Assembly: GCA_002269645.1 (NCBI GenBank)
Contig: NIVC01000822.1
Location: 1-64,000, forward strand
Length of the DNA: 64,000 nt
Direction: 5' to 3'
Source: Macrostomum lignano
Taxonomy: Eukaryota
In this document: positions 12,870 through 25,499 of the stretch, piece by piece
How positions within the stretch are numbered: the stretch's first letter is position 1
How the letters are laid out: the number at the start of each line of letters is the position of its first letter
Made by a program: the position numbers and the translations under genes
Notes under the pieces: generated by a model
What the model was told of the DNA's origin: nothing
Databases searched by the model: none
Seen by the model: the letters and a program-made list of their open reading frames with translations, nothing else

Positions 12870-13155
12870 CAGGTAGAGCTCTATCTGATACAGCATTATT
12901 CTCACAGCAAGCAGGGCTCTATCTCATACAGCATTATTCTCACAGCAAGCAGAGCTCTATCTCATACAGCATTATTCTCACAGCAAGCAGGGCTCTATCT
13001 CATACAGCATTATTCTCACAGCAAGCAGGGCTCTATCTCATACAGCATTATTCTCACAGCAAGTAGAGCTCTGTCTGATACGGCATTATTCTCACAGCAG
13101 GTAGAGCTCTGTCTGATACAGCATTATTCTCACAGCAAGCAGAGCTCTATCTCAT
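12870..13155. repeat. 38-bp minisatellite downstream of RPB7
   Basis: Unit ATCTCATACAGCATTATTCTCACAGCAAGCAGGGCTCT, about 7 copies. Confidence 0.93.
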
Positions 13156-13386
13156 ACAGCATTAGTCTGGCAATAAGCCGTACTGCTTGCGTAGCTGCAT
13201 GACTTTCGGTTCACTGTCTGTCTGGCACAGCATCCACACTTTACGGTGTAACATCATTCAGTCTTGTAAACAGGCGGCTCTCTCTGATGCAGCATCTGCA
13301 GCATAATTCTCATTTACAAAAGACAACTGTCCGACACGAAATCAACTTAATGAAGCACCGACGTCTCTGACTGACACAGAAGCATC

Positions 13387-15465
13387 ATCGATCTTATGTG
13401 ACACTACATAGTCAGGGCTGACAGACAAAAGCATCGATCTTATGTGACACTACATAGTCAGGGCTGACAGACAAAAGCATCGATCTTATGTGACACTACA
13501 TAGTCAGGGCTGACAGACAAAAGCATCGATCTTATGTGACACTACATAGTCAGGGCTGACAGACAAAAGCATCGATCTTATGTGACACTACATAGTCAGG
13601 GCTGACAGACAAAAGCATCGATCTTATGTAGGGGTGTTCGGGGTTCGGGGTCGGGTCGGGTTTCGGGTCGGGTTTTGGTACCGGGTTCGGGGTTCGGGGT
13701 AGGTGTTCCGGGTCGGGTTCGGGGTTCGGGGTAGGGGTACCGGGTTCGGGGTTCGGGTCGGGTTTGGCCACCGGGTTTTCGGGGTTTTCGGGGTTTTGAA
13801 CAATTATCATTCTCAAGAGTATTTTCAAGCACTTTTTACTCCTTATGCAAAATCCACAATGCGAAAGATATGCATTGAGTTTCAGGTACAAATTAAATTA
13901 TATTTTACATACAATTTGAAACGGAAATAGCAGATAGAACCATGGATTCATTTACACTTTCTGGTAAATAACGATTGTCGTTTTTCGACCCATTCAGTCT
14001 TGCAGTTGATGATTTAAAAAATTACGTTCAGTAATAATTTTACATGTGCTACGTGTAACATGGTCTGAACTTCTGGATTGGATGAGGAAGCTTAAAATTT
14101 ATAAATACACCATTATTCTCCACGCATCAGTCGCCAATAATCAATTATCACAATGATTACCTACTCATATCAGCATACAATTTTATGTAAAGACGTCACT
14201 TTAGTTTTTACATAGCAATTCTGTTATACCACTACTGACTTACTGTTAACTGTAGTCAAAAGTAAAAATAAATAAATATTTGTGATTAACTCTCCCGTTT
14301 CATTGCATCATTGTTTTATCTGTGCTATCTCTTTATCGCTCTAGTTCTATCTCTACTGATATCTACACTACAGGGTATAATCTAATTTTATTGTACTCTA
14401 TTTTTGCAGCTTAAATAAACTCATAGATGTAATATTACTATGAAAGCAATTTCGTTGTAAGTATAGGTACGAAATGGTCCTGATTTTAGTTGTGACCTTT
14501 CACGTATCTTACTATTAGATCTTGGGTCTTGGTATTCCTTCCATCTCAATCCCAATCCCATTGCAAGAAGTGTTTCATATTTCTTTTCCTAGTTGTAGAG
14601 TAGCTAAGGGAAATAAAACCACAAGGCTAAGTGGTTGAAGCTGTTAAGGCACATCTCAATATATAAAACTGAATTTAAAACTGAAATTCAAAACTGAAAA
14701 CTGAAAAATTGAAAACTGAAAACTGAATTTATTAAAATGATTGACCAAAATAAGCGTGAAAATGTTCGGGGTTACGTTCGGGGTCGGGTCGGGTTTTGGT
14801 ACCGGGTTCGGGGTTCGGGGTTAGAAGAAATGTTCGGGACGGGGTTCGGGGTTCGGGGTAGGGGTACCGGGTTCGGGGTAAACCCCGAACCCCGAAAAAA
14901 TGGCCGACCCGAACACCCCTAATCTTATGTGACACTACATAGTCAGGGCTGACAGACAAAAGCATCGATCTTATGTGACACTACATAGTCAGGGCTGACA
15001 GACAAAAGCATCGATCTTATGTGACACTACATAGTCAGGGCTGACAGACAAAAGCATCGATCTTATGTGACACTACATAGTCAGGGCTGACAGACAAAAG
15101 CATCGATCTTATGTGACACTACATAGTCAGGGCTGACAGACAAAAGCATCGATCTTATGTGACACTACATAGTCAGGGCTGACAGACAAAAGCATCGATC
15201 TTATGTGACACTACATAGTCAGGGCTGACAGACAAAAGCATCGATCTTATGTGACACTACATAGTCAGGGCTGACAGACAAAAGCATCAATCTTATGTGA
15301 CACTACATAGTCAGGGCTGACAGACAAAAGCATCGATCTTATGTGACACTACATAGTCAGGGCTGACAGACAAAAGCATCGATCTTATTTGACACTACAT
15401 AGTCAGGGCTGACAGACAAAAGCATCGATCTTATGTGACACTACATAGTCAGGGCTGACAGACAC
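13387..15465. repeat. 46-bp minisatellite, split by a transposon insertion
   Basis: Unit ATCGATCTTATGTGACACTACATAGTCAGGGCTGACAGACAAAAGC at 13387-13628 and 14922-15465. Confidence 0.97.
13629..14921. mobile_element. Non-autonomous hAT-superfamily DNA transposon (1293 bp)
   Basis: TIR TAGGGGTGTTCGGGT / ACCCGAACACCCCTA; 8-bp TSD ATCTTATG (13621-13628 and 14922-14929); sub-terminal TTCGGG(G/T) arrays; AT-rich non-coding core. Confidence 0.9.
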
Positions 15466-16957
15466 CGCTTCAAGCTTTAAAAACCATGGGACTGCAACTT
15501 GATGCTCTATGCTCGTGTAGTTTATGCACCAGAATGCGAATGCTGTAGTCGATCTAGCGTACTGATTAGAAACAGAATAGGCTAATTAAAATGTTATACC
15601 GGTTATTTACATGTAGTTGAAAAAATAATAAATGTGTTGTCGCTTCACTTTGCCTACTTTCATTCTGACAAGGCCAATATAAGATAATTGCAGTGAAATT
15701 GTGCTTTTTAATGTTTACTTTTTATATTTTTCGGCCCTTTGCACCTGCGAGGCAGGCAAGCAGACTTCTAATGCACTTGACTCAGTCAGAGATGCTCAAA
15801 ATGCAACTCGCAATAACCGTTTCAAGCTGACTATGCGCATGGATTGCTAAAAAGTGCTTGTAAAGGAGTTCTAAAAATATCAATCTGGAGTGGATACCAA
15901 AGCTCATTTACTGTCATAATAAGCTGTCATCTGACTTCTTAAATTAGGAATTCCACGATACTGAAATTGAAAAACTTACGAAACTAATTTCATGCTGAAA
16001 AAAGCATAATTAGAAATTTAGTTAAAGAAAATTGCTATATAGCCTGCACCAGATTCAAATGCTTCAATACCAAGTTCCACAAGTATGCTTTACCTCTTGT
16101 ACGAGGTGTAGAGAGTTTTTAAACCATACCACAATGCTCTACTTAGAGTAATATTCTGAGAAAGTCAATTTATTCTAGAATGAGTCATATCTATTTTAGG
16201 AATCGCGCAACAGAGTGATTTAGAACCCCACATGGGATCAACATTGTTTGATCAAGGAACCGGTTTCCAACAGCTGTATTTGCTTAACCCCATATATGGT
16301 AATGCTCAAACATACATGACAGCTTAATCAAACATAAAATGACCTACGTTAATACCCAATCCCAAACCGTTTTTTCTCCAAAATTTTGCTATAAATATAA
16401 GTGAAAATCCGAGTCAAAAATTCAAACTCAGAGCGGTCTCTAAGAAGACTCTGAAGGAACAAAGAAGACCAATCTCTGAGGGACCACATTTGTCAAATTG
16501 GTAAGCATTTACCGGATTCAGTTCTTTGATTGTTAGCGTTAATAAGTTGATTAATTGAGTTATACGAGAGCAGTTCATTGTCGATACATTTGAGAAAGGC
16601 CTCCTTGTCTCCTAGGATACATTCCTAGAGGATTTATTGATTTAATTGAGTTATCCGTTACGTTTCGGGCGGAACGAAAGACGACCTTCAGGAGGACCTA
16701 TCACAGAAACTTAGACTTCAATTGTTAATTAGGGCGCACGTTTTATTGTGAATTCCGAGCTCGAGGACCGTCAAGAAGTCTGACTCGCTCTCGTTTTGGT
16801 CTACCCACAGATGAAGTTAAGGACTCCAGAGATCTCAGCCAAGTCAGACAGCGCTACACACTACAAGACCCAGACGACTGCAAACTACTCGTACAAGAGG
16901 AGCCGCTCCAGTAAGAGTTATTTGAATTTGCAAAAACCTAGGCAAGGCACAAAAACC

Positions 16958-17290
16958 TAGCAATGACGAGTTATACCGACAAGCCCAGCTCTCCCGACCC
17001 AGCCAGCTGCTGCGCATCCAGCGCCTACAGCTAGCCGGCCACGTCATCCGGGCAGAGCAGTACTGCCCTGAGCCGCTTCAAGACGTGCTGCTGCTATCCC
17101 TTCAAGGGCCGTGGCGGCTTGTTCAGGCGAGAAGTCTGCGTTTTGTCGACCTGCTTTTAAGAGACGCTGAATCTCCGACCCACGCGGACTCGCTATTCTG
17201 CGCAAATCTGCGTTTGCGCGCGCATTTTGACAGCAACCAAACTTAATTGGCTTGCCCCAGGGTTGCTGTAGTTTGTTGTTGTTGTTGTTG
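16958..17290 (+). mobile_element. 5'-truncated non-LTR retrotransposon 3' fragment (RTE-like)
   Basis: Translates SNDELYRQAQLSRPSQLLRIQRLQLAGHVIRAEQYCPEPLQDVLLL, matching the RT C-terminal RL..AGHV.R motif; followed by a (TTG)n tail. Confidence 0.65.
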
Positions 17291-17427
17291 CTGTTGTTGC
17301 TCAATATATTTATTAGTCTATATTGGGGTGGGGTGAAGCGTTGCGTGGTTGGTCGAGAATTGGTAAACAAGTTTAGGCAAGAGAGTCATGAATAATGCGG
17401 GGCAGAGAGCGTAGCGTACGGCCTACA
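17290..17427 (-). repeat. 3' LTR of the Gypsy element (right end unresolved)
   Basis: TGTAGGCCG...CTAAACTTGTTTACCAATTCTCGACCAA...TATATTGAGC matches the 5' LTR with several indels. Confidence 0.8.
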
Positions 17428-18186
17428 TCTTTCCCAGGTGAATAAAAGTTCAGATGAAAAAGATAATAAAAGTCAGAACAGTTTACATTAAAGCAAGCAA
17501 GCGAGCATCAGGGAGAATAAAATCAATAATTACGTATTCGAGTGTGCGCGTAGTCGATAGACGAGCTAATAAAAATTGTGGCGAGTGGAATGTAAAATTC
17601 AGCGAAGCTTGGGTGCATGGAGCTGGGTTGTTAGGTTCTGCAGCAATGAGTCGAATGCATTGGAAAAGTTTTACAAATTAATTTATAGGTACGACACGAG
17701 AATTTTTACAGAAAACAATCAATCAATCAATGATGTTGCTCCACCGCGCCCCTGTGAGGCAAGAGTTGTCAGCCCGATTCGCCCGTGCTCCGCTCCAGCC
17801 TCCAGTCCTGCCTGTCCCACTGCTGCGTTGTCCGACCATCAGATACTCGTAGGTCTCTCTTTGAGCTCATGGGGCTTGGCGCTCGCCGTTGGTCTCTGCA
17901 AGCACGCGCTGCGTGACGGAGGCCCGATGCGCAGGATGCCCAGCTCTTCGCTCGTCTCCCTCCCAATGATCGTCGTTGCCGCTTCCCTCACGATGATGAA
18001 GTTGATGCTGGCGCTGATGTTGTAAACGGCGGTCCGCAGCCTGGCCATCCCGAGCGTGGCCAGCGGCTTCCTGGAGCCGAACGGGTGCTTTGACTTACTT
18101 GACTTAGCTGCAGGGCTGTCCCGGAGGGGACACAGCGGGAAGGCGCGAGCGCCCATTCCGCTAGTCCCTGAACGGCCGACGCGTCG

Positions 18187-21100
18187 CTATGGACGGAGGG
18201 TTGGCGCCGCCCAGGGAGGTCCCCCAGTGTCGCCAGCAGCTATAATGCTCTCTGGAAAGGAGAGTTCAGCCCTGCGGGTGGCCCGAAGGTAGCGCATGAG
18301 CTGATTAAAGTTTTCGGGTTTGCACGCTTCAGTAATAGATGTGTGTGGCCCGAGGTAAGTGAGTCTGGCCCGCGTGAAGGCGGGACAGATGCTGACGAAA
18401 TGCTCAGCGGTTTCGTCACCTGAGTTGCAGAAACTACAGGTGGCGTTGGTGGCGTTGCCCTGCAGGTACTGGTGCCTGGAGAAGCAGCCGTGACCAGAGA
18501 GGGTCATGGTGGCAGCCCGGATGTCTCTGCGCGAGAGGCGCAAGAGGAGCTTCCGGAGCTGGTGAGAGGGCTGAGGGACAGCGCCTCTGGATTGCCTGCA
18601 GTTCGTGCGGTTCGCCCAAGTCGAGCGGTGCTGAGTCCTGCTCCACGCTTTGATGCGCGAGTCGATGACACAGCCAGGAATCGGGACAAGAGGTTCGGGG
18701 CCGAGAGAGGAGCCGGAGGCACCAACTTTTGCAAGGGTGTCAGCCAACTCATTTCCTCGGATCCCCACATGCCCCGGAACCCACTTAAGGGTAATTTTGT
18801 TGGCGGAACCCAACACGTTGAGGAGTTTGATACAGTCGAGGACTGTAGCAGAGTTGGTGCTGCAGCCACTGATGGCGTGCAAGGCAGCTTGGCTGTCCGA
18901 ATGGAAAATGATGTTCTTACCAGTAACGCCAGTGGCGAGAAGCTCTGCAGTGCAGGAGCTGATGGCCAGAACTTCATTTTGGAAAACACTGGAGTTGACC
19001 CCAGTGTATTGAGCGTGGGTAGCGATGACCCTCCCGTTCAGAAAGATTCCAACACCAAAGCCGGTGTTGGCTGACTGCTTAGAACTGTCGGTGTAGCAAT
19101 GAAGCTCACCAGGGTTCCATTGGTCATTGATGTTATCGCGCGGTCGATAGCTACGGAGTAGCGCTGTCTCAGGTTGAGCGTTGAGGCAATGCCATCGGTG
19201 AAGACGCGATTGGCCTGACACTCGTTGAGAAAGTTGAGGCACAGATCGCTATGCGGGACAAGGTTCCGCTTAGCAGGTGCTCTCATGTAAATGAATTTGA
19301 CGCCGGCATCAATTAGACGCCGCGTCGTTCTAGCCGCCTCACCCCTGATGAAGAGGTCAAGAGGCGGAAGATTAAGGAAGGCCCCCATGCCAGCAAAGGG
19401 CGTGGACCTGGTGGCGTTGCAGATGAGCCTACACGCTCTGCCTTGGATCGTGTTGAGCAGGTCTGCATGGCTTTTGACCTGGGTAGCGCTAACCCAGACA
19501 ACAGAGGCGTACGTAATGGCAGGTCTAACTACGGAAGTATAGATCCACCAAAGCCGCTTTGGGGATAGACCCAAGAAGTGCCAAGTGCTCGTCGGAGCTG
19601 GGCCAGGATGGCTGAGGCACGCTTGGCTTTTGCTTTCACGTGGGAGGACCAGTTGAGCCGGTGGTCAAGTATGACCCCGAGACATCTGGTCTGGTGCGCG
19701 AAGGCAATATCTCTGCCGTAGAGCTGCAGAGGACGTATGTTCCAGCGTAGTCTGCTGGTAAACATAATGGCAACGGTTTTGGGCTCAGAGAGTTCCAGAC
19801 CATTGTCATTGGCCCAGGATTCTGCTTTGCGGATAAAGCTCTGCATCAGATCCCTGAGCGTGCTGGGAGACGGTCCTGCCACAATGGCCGTGACGTCATC
19901 AGCATACCCGACTTTGAAGACGGGGTCGGGTCGGGAGTCACTCAAAAGAGCGTCCATGACCAGGTTCCAGAGCGTCGGGGTGAGGACTCCGCCTTGGGGT
20001 CCACCCTTACAGACTCTGGTGGAGGCAGTTTGCCCAAGAAGTTGGGCAGTGACCGTACGGTTGGAGATCATGTACATGATCCACCGTATGAGGGTAGCAT
20101 GAGCTTTGCGATTTTGAAGGGCCCTCTGAAACGCTTCAAAGATAACGTTGTCGAAGGCGCCAACAATGTCAAGAAAGAGAGCCAGAGCGTAACCGTCACC
20201 CAGTACCGCCCTTTCAATCTTCTCGACAATCGCATGCAGGGCGCTGTCAGTCGACCTCCCGGTACGGAAGGCGTGCTGATTATTGCTGAGGGGCATCGCT
20301 GTCAGCTCGCAGGACAGCAGCCGCCAGAGAATAAGCCTCTCAGTGAGCTTAAGCATCGCTGACGTTAAGCTAATAGGCCGGAAGGCCTTGACGCTTTGGT
20401 AGTCACCCTTCCCAGGTTTGGGAATAAAGACTACCCGAGCTTCAGTCCAGCATTTGGGAACGTATCCCAGCTGGATAGAGGCCCGCATAAGATTGCGGGT
20501 GAGTCTCAGGAACGAGGGTATCTTGGCTGCTTCACGAAGGAGAACAGGGTAGATACCATCAGGTCCAGGAGATTTGAAGGGTTTGAAGGTTCTGACCGCA
20601 CGAGCGATTAGGTCTTCAGTGACAATGCCCGCCGCTAGGGTGGCTCCATCCATCGAATGGTTGGGCTCCGGTCTAGCAGTAGGTACCCTCGGGAAGAATG
20701 TGCTAAGCATATGCTGAAGCACTTCTTCAGGGTCTTTAGTAAGAGAGCCATCATCTTTTTTGATCATGGCTAATTTGGACATTTTGTCCATTGTAAGGGC
20801 CTTGACAAGCCTAGAAGTAGGTCTGTCTTGATCCAATTCATTGCAGAATTGGCGCCACTTACATTCCTTGGCCTTGCGCACTTCAGATTTGAAATTGCGG
20901 GAGGCTTGCCGGAAAAGCTCCATGTCCTCCGGGTTTCCGGTCTTCATGGCACGGCGATGAAGGCTTTTGGCCTTCCGCCTGAGTTTCCCCAGCTCCGGGT
21001 TCCACCACGGCGCCGAGGTCTTGCCTTTGTAGGCGCGAGCAGGACAAGCCGCTACGTAGGCTGCAATAATGCAACCTGTCAGCGTCTCAGCCATATGATC

Positions 21101-21925
21101 CACATCCTCGCAGGTCTCAATCGGACGTAAGTCCGTGAGTTCCTGCAGGTGCAGATCAAGGGCAGCCTTGTAGGCCGCCCAATCAGTGTTGCGGATATTG
21201 CGCCTCCAAGTGATCGGAGACTGGGTTTTAGTGTCCGCGATGTTAAAGGCGATAAAGCAGTGGTCAGACAGGGAGGGCTCCTCAGACCAGACTCTCCACT
21301 CCTCAACTCTGTAAAAGAGTCTTGGGGTAACTAGTGTGGCGTCGAGGACCTCGGTCCATCTGCCATTATTAAAGGTAGGAGTGCTGCCGCGGTTGCAGAG
21401 CATGAGGTTTGTGTTAGAGATGAGGGCCAGAAGCTCCTCTCCTCTAGTGTTGGTATCTTTGCTGCCCCAGTGCTTGTGGTGCGCGTTGAGGTCGCCCCCT
21501 AAGCACAGCTCAGCGTTCTGGGACTCGCAGTACTGCGCGAGGCGCAGTAAACTCTCAGGAGCAGGGTCTCTGTCGCCTGGGATATAAACCGAGGCAACAA
21601 GACACGTACGCGGAGAGAAATGATTAGATTGGATGACGCAAAGGTCTCCATCAGAGAGATCAGTCCTCAGCCAAGCCTGGAGATGGCTAGCAGCGAGGAT
21701 AGCCGCTCTAGGGCGGCTGTTCCCCGGGCCACACACATAAAAATCAGAGTAGCCAGAGGGAATGTTGGGCAACTTACCGTTGCGCATCCAGGGTTCCTGG
21801 ATCAGGATGAGGCCTGGCCTGTACAGCTCAGCAATCTTCATCAGATTTACTGACGCAGATACGCAATGCTGTAAATTATTTTGCAGACAGAATGTCGCTC
21901 CTTTGGCAGCGTGGAGCTTATTCAT
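18187..21925 (-). CDS. LINE ORF2: AP endonuclease, reverse transcriptase, RNase H, C-terminal zinc finger; two frameshifts (~19570, ~19140)
   Basis: ILIQEPW, GGDLNAHH, SDHC (APE); KSPGPDG, QHAFR, GGPQGGVL, YADD (RT); YTDSS, NEV, SDS, WVPGHVGIRGNELAD (RNase H); CSFC...ETAEHFVSIC. Confidence 0.95.
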
Positions 21926-22052
21926 ACTGTATTAAATGCAATTTCTGGCTAGAGCCCAGGGCCATCAAGGAGACTTGGACAACAGATCGTCCTCGTCCCA
22001 GGCCGCTGGGGCTTGACTGGGAGATGGGAGTTGGTCGACGTCCATGGCCTCC

Positions 22053-23468
22053 TCACCCCACCGGCCCCCCAGCAGAGTCCTCAGGCTCCGATGACAGGAT
22101 GGAGGAAGCTTCCTCACCTGCATCTTTACCTTCAGACCCCACCAGGGTGGCCGAGGAGAGCTCGGATTCCGAAGACCCGGCCTCGTCCTCAACTCCTTCT
22201 CCGACTGGCAGGTTTGGTTCCCGGGGCTTGGCCGGAGATGTTACCGCGGTCGCCGAACTGCTGCTAGCAGAGGGGCGAGATGCAGCTTTGGCTTTGGGAT
22301 CGGCTTGCGCCTTTCCTTGGGCCTTAGACTGCGCCCCGCTCTTGCCGGAGATGCCGGGGTTGGCAGTAGCCTTCCCTTTGGCAGACTTTCCTCGGCGCAT
22401 CTTGAGATTGAGGGCACCCAGCTGGAAAGAGGATCCATTAGGGTACCGACTCGCCCAAGTGCTGGAAAGGTCGAGGACAATTGAGTTGCCCGTCTCCCCC
22501 CTGCGGACTTTACGGTGATACACCAGTCCACTAGCAGGGAGGTCGGGGTTCAGACGCAGTAGGACCCGGCGAATAACGTCTGGTCCAGCTGCGGTGCTCT
22601 TAGCAGGGACGAAAACCACATAGGTTATCGTCTTTGGACGCTGGCCCTCGCGAAGAAAAAGAGCTCCGCCAAGGTCAGCATCCAAGGAGACCGTCGGTAG
22701 CCGCTGAAGCAGCTGCCGAGCGTCCTCCTCGCTGCTAGGAGCAATAAGAACGAATGTGCTTCGCAGCACCATCAGCTCAATGCCGATGGAGATTCCCTCC
22801 TCGACAGTCAGCTCAATCAGATAGGAGTCAACAGCACTCCACACTTTTTGAAGCTGATCAGTGGTCCAGTCCTGGTCGCGACCTTGGATGATCACTCCCG
22901 GGATTTTGGCCTTGGCCTTCGCCGCAAAGGTAGCTCCCGAAGGAACCTCCTTGTTGGCAGTGGCCATTTGTTGCGCCGTGGTTTCGGCCTCAGCAGCCGC
23001 AGCAGCATCTCCAGGGAGCGCCGCCGCTGAACTACCGGAGCTTCCACCGGCCGGCCCGTCTGGTTGCCTTGGGACGCCAGTCGCTTCAGCATCCATGGTG
23101 GACGCCGCCGCTTTGGCCCCCGCAGCTCCCTTCTTGGCCTGCCTTTTGGCGCGTTGTTTAGCGCGTTTGCGCTCAAGCCGAGCTCGCTGAGCTTCATCGG
23201 ATCTGCCAGATTTGGCCGGTCCTTTAGGCTCAGAGCTCGCGGTTCCCTTAGATCCACCAGCGGAGCTGGCAGGTCTTTGGGTATTATGAGTTTGGTAGCT
23301 CTGGTCGGATCTGCCAGCAGAGCCAGCCGGTCCTTCCTTTGCCACAGTTGAATCAGTCGGTTGGGATCTGCCAGCAGGGCCGGCCGGTCCTTCGGACTGA
23401 GGTTGGGGTTTAGAAGGGTCCCCGTCCCTAGAATTAGTTTGGTTATCCATGGGCGGCTCGAAGGCCAT
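22053..23468 (-). CDS. LINE ORF1 (nucleic-acid chaperone-like, ~471 aa)
   Basis: Open frame upstream of ORF2 with low-complexity ends, a basic coiled-coil segment RARLERKRAKQRAKRQAKK and a globular core. No CCHC knuckle seen. Confidence 0.8.
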   Translation of the reverse strand: MAFEPPMDNQTNSRDGDPSKPQPQSEGPAGPAGRSQPTDSTVAKEGPAGSAGRSDQSYQTHNTQRPASSAGGSKGTASSEPKGPAKSGRSDEAQRARLERKRAKQRAKRQAKKGAAGAKAAASTMDAEATGVPRQPDGPAGGSSGSSAAALPGDAAAAAEAETTAQQMATANKEVPSGATFAAKAKAKIPGVIIQGRDQDWTTDQLQKVWSAVDSYLIELTVEEGISIGIELMVLRSTFVLIAPSSEEDARQLLQRLPTVSLDADLGGALFLREGQRPKTITYVVFVPAKSTAAGPDVIRRVLLRLNPDLPASGLVYHRKVRRGETGNSIVLDLSSTWASRYPNGSSFQLGALNLKMRRGKSAKGKATANPGISGKSGAQSKAQGKAQADPKAKAASRPSASSSSATAVTSPAKPREPNLPVGEGVEDEAGSSESELSSATLVGSEGKDAGEEASSILSSEPEDSAGGPVG

Positions 23469-23999
23469 GATAAAAGGTTGGTGGGCTACCCTTAAAGGGG
23501 CGCGGTACCCACCCGGCCGCTCCACCTGACCGGGCAGTAGGCCAATAGCACCCTCAAGGCTGGCCCGACACCAGGAGGGGGACCGCTAGCGACCGGACTA
23601 CTCCCCGGCCTTCCAGCCCATCGGCACGGTCAACACCTTAGGCATTAGAGAGTACGTTGAGCAGTACCACGGCCTGCAGGTTGGCGAGCCAGACCCGCAT
23701 ACCCAAATTCGGCCGAAGCCACTGGATAGGGTCGCCAGCGCCGGAGCCCAGTCTGTCCAGCAGCCCTAGGGACTGCCTTGAACACACGCGGGGACGAGTA
23801 CCCTGGGTCGACTTGCGAGACAGCGTGGGGGGGGGTCTGCGGCTGCCAGAGGCAAATAGAGGGTGCAGACATCCCACCAGCCTTGACCTGCTGAAGATAG
23901 GGGCAGGCGTGAAGCATCGCAGACCTTAGCCCATGGGCCTAGTCTGTCTCATACTTCACTGGCATGCTGAATACGCCTTCGCGTGCGCCGAACGGGTGC

Positions 24000-25478
24000 A
24001 CTCGGTGCTTGCATGCCTGGAGATCCCCTGCCCTGCCTCCGATGGACCAGAAGGTTTTCAGGCTCATCAGGCTGCAGCCGGCGCCGCTGTCCTTCGTTCG
24101 GGATTCGAGATAGAAAACCTCGCAGCTGCTCTCCAGGTCCACATGCACTTTCTCCTCGAATCGCTGGACAAGCAAGCCTTCGCCAGGTGTCCTATTTTGT
24201 TGCATTTGTAGCAGGTTTTCCCTCTTGCCAGTTCGCACGTGCGGTGGCCTAGCTCTACACACCGAATGCATTTGGCTTCCGATCGAGGCTCCTGGCCGTG
24301 GCGCTTTCGCTGGATCGAGTTTATCGTTGAGGCTCCTGGCCGTGGCGCTTTCGCTGGATCGAGTTTATCGTTGAGGCTCCTGGCCGTGGCGCTTTCGCTG
24401 GATCGAGTTTATCGTTGAGGCTCCTGGCCGTGGCGCTTTCGCTGGATCGAGTTTATCGTTGAGGCTCCTGGCCGTGGCGCTTTCGCTGGATCGAGTTTAT
24501 CGTTGAGGCTCCTGGCCGTGGCGCTTTCGCTGGATCGAGTTTATCGTTGAGGCTCCTGGCCGTGGCGCTTTCGCTGGATCGAGTTTATCGTTGAGGCTCC
24601 TGGCCGTGGCGCTTTCGCTGGATCGAGTTTATCGTTGAGGCTCCTGGCCGTGGCGCTTTCGCTGGATCGAGTTTATCGTTGAGGCTCCTGGCCGTGGCGC
24701 TTTCGCTGGATCGAGTTTATCGTTGAGGCTCCTGGCCGTGGCGCTTTCGCTGGATCGAGTTTATCGTTGAGGCTCCTGGCCGTGGCGCTTTCGCTGGATC
24801 GAGTTTATCGTTGAGGCTCCTGGCCGTGGCGCTTTCGCTGGATCGAGTTTATCGTTGAGGCTCCTGGCCGTGGCGCTTTCGCTGGATCGAGTTTATCGTT
24901 GAGGCTCCTGGCCGTGGCGCTTTCGCTGGATCGAGTTTATCGTCTCGTTGTTCCGCGCTTCGATGGCTGCTGACTGAAGTTCCGCCGCCTCGAAGGCTCT
25001 TGCTTGCTGCAGTGCGTCCTCGAGGCTGATGTTGCGAGTTTGCAGGAGTGTCCGCCGGAGCTGGGCGGATCTGCAGCCGGCCACTATTTGGTCTCGGATG
25101 AGCAAGTCGCGCTGCGACCCGAACTCGCACCCCTCGGCTGCTGCGTAGAGGCGCTGGGTCCAGGCGTTCAGTGACTCGCCAGTTTGCTGCGTGCAGTGCC
25201 GGAACTCGTACCTGACAAACACAGGGTTGTGCCTGTCGCTGTATTGAGTCCTGAATGGCCTCGATCAGATCGTCAAGAGACTTTCCAGGTCGATTCAGCT
25301 CTTTGAATGTGTCTGTCAGCTCCTTGCCACCTACGTAGAGAAGAATTTCGCACTGCTGGTCCTCACTTGTGATGCCACTGGCTGTGACAAACATTTTGAA
25401 ACGGCCGGACCACTCCTTTTGTTGCTCTGTTTGATCATTAAACTGCTCAGGCGGGGGTAGCTGCAGAGGCACAGACAT
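24000..25478 (-). pseudogene. Gypsy gag and N-terminal protease (frameshift ~25240; disrupted by 44-bp array)
   Basis: MSVPLQLPPPEQF...WSGRFKMF...LLYVGG...YEFRHCTQQTGESLNAWTQRL...CEF...IRDQIV, a typical Gypsy capsid, followed by a zinc knuckle and DSG. Confidence 0.88.
24285..24943. repeat. 44-bp perfect tandem repeat x15 inside gag
   Basis: Unit GAGGCTCCTGGCCGTGGCGCTTTCGCTGGATCGAGTTTATCGTT; first and last unit starts are 616 bp apart. Confidence 0.98.
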
Positions 25479-25499
25479 TCTGACTGCTTGCGATGCCAA

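Larger units (their letters stand above)
18089..23986 (-). mobile_element. Full-length non-LTR retrotransposon (LOA/R1-I group, RNase H-bearing), 5.9 kb
   Basis: 13-bp TSD GCCGAACGGGTGC at 18076-18088 and 23987-23999; two ORFs; 3' tail TAAGTCAAG-TAAGTCAAA. The clade assignment is inferred from the APE-RT-RNaseH-CCHC order. Confidence 0.92.

Noticed and set aside
13800-14740. Transposase within the hAT-like element
   Set aside because: The interior is AT-rich with no long ORF, so the element is non-autonomous.
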